64,000 nucleotides of DNA from Burkholderiales bacterium. Its GTDB lineage: Bacteria; Pseudomonadota; Gammaproteobacteria; Burkholderiales; Eutrophovitaceae. Of the stretch, positions 60,714 through 64,000 are shown one piece after another. The stretch spans positions 125,104 through 189,103 of the forward strand of contig JAOEKQ010000002.1 in NCBI GenBank assembly GCA_028379895.1. The letters are read 5' to 3'. The position numbers and the translations under genes are program-made. The number at the start of each line of letters is the position of its first letter. The first letter of the stretch is position 1. Below the pieces are notes generated by a model. The model worked only from the letters and a program-made list of their open reading frames with translations. It ran no database searches and was not told where the DNA came from.

Positions 60714-60750
60714 TTTCCATAATTTTAAGAAAAATCTGGTGTGAATCCGC

Positions 60751-61920
60751 ATGAAGATCCATGAATATCAAGCGAAAGAAATTTTGCAAGCGTACGGGGT
60801 TAGAACTCCTAAAGGAGTCCCTTGTTTATCAGAAGCCGAAGCGGAAGCTGCAGCGCTACAGCTAGGAGGTGAAGTTTGGGTCGTGAAGGCTCAAATTCAT
60901 GCTGGAGGTCGGGGCAAAGGTGGTGGAGTCAAGGTTGCGACGTCAATAGCCGACGTTAAGTCGGCTGCTACCAGTATTTTAGGGATGCAGCTAATTACTC
61001 ACCAAACTGGTCCAGACGGTCAGTTAGTTAAACGTCTTTTAGTCGAAGAGGGTGCGCAGATCGAGAAAGAGTTGTATGTGGGTATGGTGGTTGATCGAGA
61101 AACTCAAACTGTATGTCTTATGGCCTCTTCAGAAGGCGGTATGGATATAGAGGAGGTGGCAGCTTCTTCGCCGGAAAAGATTCATAAAGTTTTTATTGAT
61201 CCCAGACAAGGACTTGATCGTCAGCAAGCTCTTAAGCTTGCTGAAGAAATTGGAATACCTCTTGGTTCCACTGAGAAAGGAGCTGATCTGTTTGATGGGC
61301 TATATCGGGCATTCGTCGATAAAGACGCTTCATTAGCTGAAATCAATCCTATGATTCTCACGTCTAACGGAGATGTGTTGGCGCTCGACGCAAAAATGAA
61401 TTTTGACGCTAACGCTTTGTTTAGACAACCGGACATATTTGATATGCGAGATCTCGATGAAGAGGACCCAGCGGAAATACAAGCATCCAAATTCGATCTT
61501 TCTTATATCTCGCTCGATGGGGATATTGGATGTCTCGTCAATGGGGCTGGTCTCGCCATGGCGACCATGGATGTGATTAAGTTGTTCGGTGGTGAGCCAG
61601 CGAATTTCCTAGATGTGGGCGGTGGAGCGACTACAGAGAAAGTTACTGAGGCATTTAAGATCATGTTGTCGAACCCAAATTTAAAAGCGATATTAGTTAA
61701 TATTTTCGGCGGTATTATGCAGTGCGATGTAATTGCTGCTGGTGTGGTTGAGGCCGCTAAACAAGTAGATCTCACTGTACCTCTGGTGGTGCGTATGAAG
61801 GGCACTAATGAGAATTCAGGAAAACAGATTTTAGCGGAATCAGGTTTAACCATTATTTCATCAGAAACAATGGCTGATGCCGCTCAGCAAGTTGTCGTTG
61901 CAGCGCGAGGCGTCCAATAA
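60751..61920 (+). CDS. sucC: Succinyl-CoA synthetase beta subunit
   Basis: [41 protein letters not shown]. Confidence 0.97.
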   Translation: MKIHEYQAKEILQAYGVRTPKGVPCLSEAEAEAAALQLGGEVWVVKAQIHAGGRGKGGGVKVATSIADVKSAATSILGMQLITHQTGPDGQLVKRLLVEEGAQIEKELYVGMVVDRETQTVCLMASSEGGMDIEEVAASSPEKIHKVFIDPRQGLDRQQALKLAEEIGIPLGSTEKGADLFDGLYRAFVDKDASLAEINPMILTSNGDVLALDAKMNFDANALFRQPDIFDMRDLDEEDPAEIQASKFDLSYISLDGDIGCLVNGAGLAMATMDVIKLFGGEPANFLDVGGGATTEKVTEAFKIMLSNPNLKAILVNIFGGIMQCDVIAAGVVEAAKQVDLTVPLVVRMKGTNENSGKQILAESGLTIISSETMADAAQQVVVAARGVQ

Positions 61921-61921
61921 A

Positions 61922-62803
61922 ATGTCAATTTTAATCAATAAAAATACTAGGGTTATTACTCAAGGAATAACTGGAAAGACTGGACAATTCCATACTCACA
62001 CCAGCCGAGAATACGCTAACGGTCAAGCCTGTTTCGTCGCGGGGGTGAACCCCAGGAAGGCAGGCCAAGATTTTGAGGGTATTCCGATTTATGGGACTGT
62101 AGCAGAAGCGAAGCAACAAACAGGCGCAACCGTTTCCGTGGTTTATGTCCCACCCGCTGGCGCAGGTGCAGCTATGCTTGAGGCGGTAGAAGCCGATCTT
62201 GATTTAGTAATTTGTATAACAGAAGGTATTCCAGTTAAAGATATGATTGAGCTTCGCCATAAGATGCGCAGTGTAAATAGCCGAACCCTCTTGCTCGGGC
62301 CAAATTGTCCTGGAGTGATCACGCCTGATGAGTTAAAAATAGGGATTATGCCTGGTCATATCCATAAAACAGGACGTATCGGTGTTGTTTCCCGGTCAGG
62401 TACTTTGACTTATGAGGCGGTAGCGCAATTAACGGAGCTGGGTCTTGGGCAAAGTACTGCGGTAGGTATTGGTGGGGATCCGGTTAATGGACTGAAGCAT
62501 ATTGATGTTTTGAAGTTATTTAACGAAGATGAAAATACTGACGCGGTCGTCATGATTGGCGAAATCGGCGGGACTGATGAGGAGGCCGCTGCCGTTTGGG
62601 CTAAAGACCATATGTCTAAACCAGTGGTAGGCTTTATTGCTGGAGTGACTGCCCCGTCTGGGAAAAGAATGGGGCACGCGGGCGCCATTATTTCCGGCGG
62701 CAAGGGGACGGCTGATGAAAAACTTGAAATAATGGATGCCAGTGGTATTTCAGTCACTCGAGACCCATCAAAAATGGGCGTGCTTCTTAAGTCCGTCCTC
62801 TAA
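61922..62803 (+). CDS. sucD: Succinyl-CoA synthetase alpha subunit
   Basis: MSILI, QGITGK, GPNCPG, RMGHAGA (phospho-His). Confidence 0.97.
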   Translation: MSILINKNTRVITQGITGKTGQFHTHTSREYANGQACFVAGVNPRKAGQDFEGIPIYGTVAEAKQQTGATVSVVYVPPAGAGAAMLEAVEADLDLVICITEGIPVKDMIELRHKMRSVNSRTLLLGPNCPGVITPDELKIGIMPGHIHKTGRIGVVSRSGTLTYEAVAQLTELGLGQSTAVGIGGDPVNGLKHIDVLKLFNEDENTDAVVMIGEIGGTDEEAAAVWAKDHMSKPVVGFIAGVTAPSGKRMGHAGAIISGGKGTADEKLEIMDASGISVTRDPSKMGVLLKSVL

Positions 62804-62976
62804 TCGCTTCCTTTGTTGAGGATAATCGCTTCGTTTAAACAGTCAGGACACAAACAAGTGTCACCGAGGTTGCCTGATAAAATTTTGGGAAAATTAGTAG
62901 CACACCAACAAGGTTGATCAGAAAGCATCCCGCAGGTGAATTCGGCACCACATTGTGCGCACTGGTTTTTATTCAT
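62800..62976 (-). CDS. Cysteine-rich CWC family small protein (58 aa, absent from the ORF track)
   Basis: MNKNQCAQCGAEFTCGMLSDQPCWCATNFPKILSGNLGDTCLCPDCLNEAIILNKGSD*, with the C..CG..F.C...CWC...CLC..CL pattern. Confidence 0.85.
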   Translation of the reverse strand: MNKNQCAQCGAEFTCGMLSDQPCWCATNFPKILSGNLGDTCLCPDCLNEAIILNKGSD

Positions 62977-62987
62977 GTTTTTTGGGT

Positions 62988-63611
62988 CTAATTCAAAAAC
63001 GGTACTGCCATCCCTTTTTTTACGGCCTCTCTACTCGCGATTAGTTCATACCATCTTGATACATTTGGATAATCAGATAAATTGATCTTATGCCATTCAT
63101 GCCGGGCAACCCAAGGAAATGTTGCGATATCTGCTATGGAATATTTTTCCGATAAAAATTCATTAGTAGACAATTGGTGGTCAAGAACGCTATATAGTCG
63201 GGCGGTCTCTTTGGAAAATCTGTTAATCGCATAAGGGACTGGTTCTGGTGCAGCGCGGAGGAAGTGATGTACTTGGCCAAAAATCGGTCCAGCCCCTGCC
63301 ATTTGGAACATAAGCCACTGCATTGTGGTGTATCTGTCAGGTCCAGCTGGAGGTAAAAGCTTTTCATGTTTTTCGGCGAGATAAATCAAAATCGCACCAG
63401 ACTCGAACAGCTTGACTGGCACTTCTTCTTTGGGGTCATGATCAACAATCGCAGGAATTTTGTTATTAGGACTGATCGTTATGAAATCATTGGCATATTG
63501 CTCATCTTTTCCTATGTTGATGCTTGTTGTTCGATATTCTGTACCCAATTCCTCAAGCATGATCGAGACCTTTCGGCCGTTGGGTGTTCCCCAGGTATAT
63601 AAATCTATCAA
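62988..63611 (-). CDS. Glutathione S-transferase, YfcG/Nu-class disulfide oxidoreductase
   Basis: MIDLY...TPNG.K, ISPNNKIPAI, FESGAIL, YSIADIA. Confidence 0.92.
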   Translation of the reverse strand: MIDLYTWGTPNGRKVSIMLEELGTEYRTTSINIGKDEQYANDFITISPNNKIPAIVDHDPKEEVPVKLFESGAILIYLAEKHEKLLPPAGPDRYTTMQWLMFQMAGAGPIFGQVHHFLRAAPEPVPYAINRFSKETARLYSVLDHQLSTNEFLSEKYSIADIATFPWVARHEWHKINLSDYPNVSRWYELIASREAVKKGMAVPFLN

Positions 63612-63671
63612 TGTAATCCCCTATACTAAAACGTCTATTTGAAGTTAATCTTAATATTATTAAGATTAACT

Positions 63672-63911
63672 ATGTTAAAAAAGAGAGATATCAAATCGTT
63701 GTATAAGTGGTTCTTCACGATAATTCTTGTTGTCGCTATAGTCGCATACACAAAGCCAGTTTTCTTAAGATTCATTGGGAAACTCCTTGGTCGTAGAGGC
63801 ATGCCTGGCGATATTACGGTTTATGTATTTAAGCGAAAGCTGTACCTACCATTTGGTTCGACTTTTTTATTTAGCCTTATTGCGACCTGCTTATATTGGG
63901 CGATTCGCTGA
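63672..63911 (+). CDS. DUF2905 family small membrane protein
   Basis: G.MPGDI...LYLPFGST.L.SL; start codon uncertain. Confidence 0.7.
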   Translation: MLKKRDIKSLYKWFFTIILVVAIVAYTKPVFLRFIGKLLGRRGMPGDITVYVFKRKLYLPFGSTFLFSLIATCLYWAIR

Positions 63912-63937
63912 CGATTTAGGCAAAGATACGCCGTAAC

Positions 63938-64000
63938 TTATGATCGAAATAGTTCGTTATCTAGCGCGATTATTCTCGCGGATCTTACTCGTTGATTTAT
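63938..64000 (-). CDS. C-terminal fragment of a gene entering from the right edge (possibly CCA-adding enzyme)
   Basis: Open frame INQRVRSARIIALDNELFRS*. The identity is guessed only from the usual GST/DUF2905/cca neighbourhood. Confidence 0.25.
   Translation of the reverse strand: MNQRVRSARIIALDNELFRS

Noticed and set aside
62182-62427. Two GGCGGTAG ops-like cores
   Set aside because: Both are inside sucD, encode E-A-V, lack the nnTG tail and are far from the polysaccharide operon.

Overview
The window looks like bacterial chromosome, most likely an uncultured, compact-genome betaproteobacterium. That call rests on gene order (hemA-prfA-prmC-grxD, tlpA-aroQ-accBC-prmA-DUF3426, moaC/bepA, coq7/osmC, petABC-sspAB-tRNA-Thr) and is inference. 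Positions 1-30364 are the distal part of a large, co-oriented surface-polysaccharide (O-antigen/capsule) locus with visibly patchy base composition. It holds: (i) a self-contained GtrABC/Arn-like module at 355-9384 (candidate GT-C membrane transferase, VioA, WbqC, a second PLP enzyme, GNAT, Fe/2OG dioxygenase, two methyltransferases, GtrB-like GT2, GtrA); (ii) a GC-rich Wzx/Wzy block with an AsnB-type amidotransferase, heparinase II/III-like proteins, a bi-domain oxidoreductase and three more methyltransferases, two of them frameshifted at homopolymers; (iii) a conserved tail (GT4, epimerase/reductase, priming transferase, WbpM/PglF-type dehydratase) followed by rfaH. Decayed gene stubs at 9494, 22761 and 27702 mark successive recombination junctions, one readable almost to the nucleotide. 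Positions 30553-64000 are dense housekeeping DNA (heme, translation, argH, ppc, acc, bc1, sucCD). This half includes a minimal soxXYZA cluster without soxB/CD whose SoxY ends in a non-canonical GGCGEE, a stand-alone DsbD N-terminal domain gene, an orphan gcvH, and a small Cys-rich CWC ORF missed by the ORF track. I saw no CRISPR array, rRNA, integrase or IS element. All calls come from motif recognition; no database searches were run.
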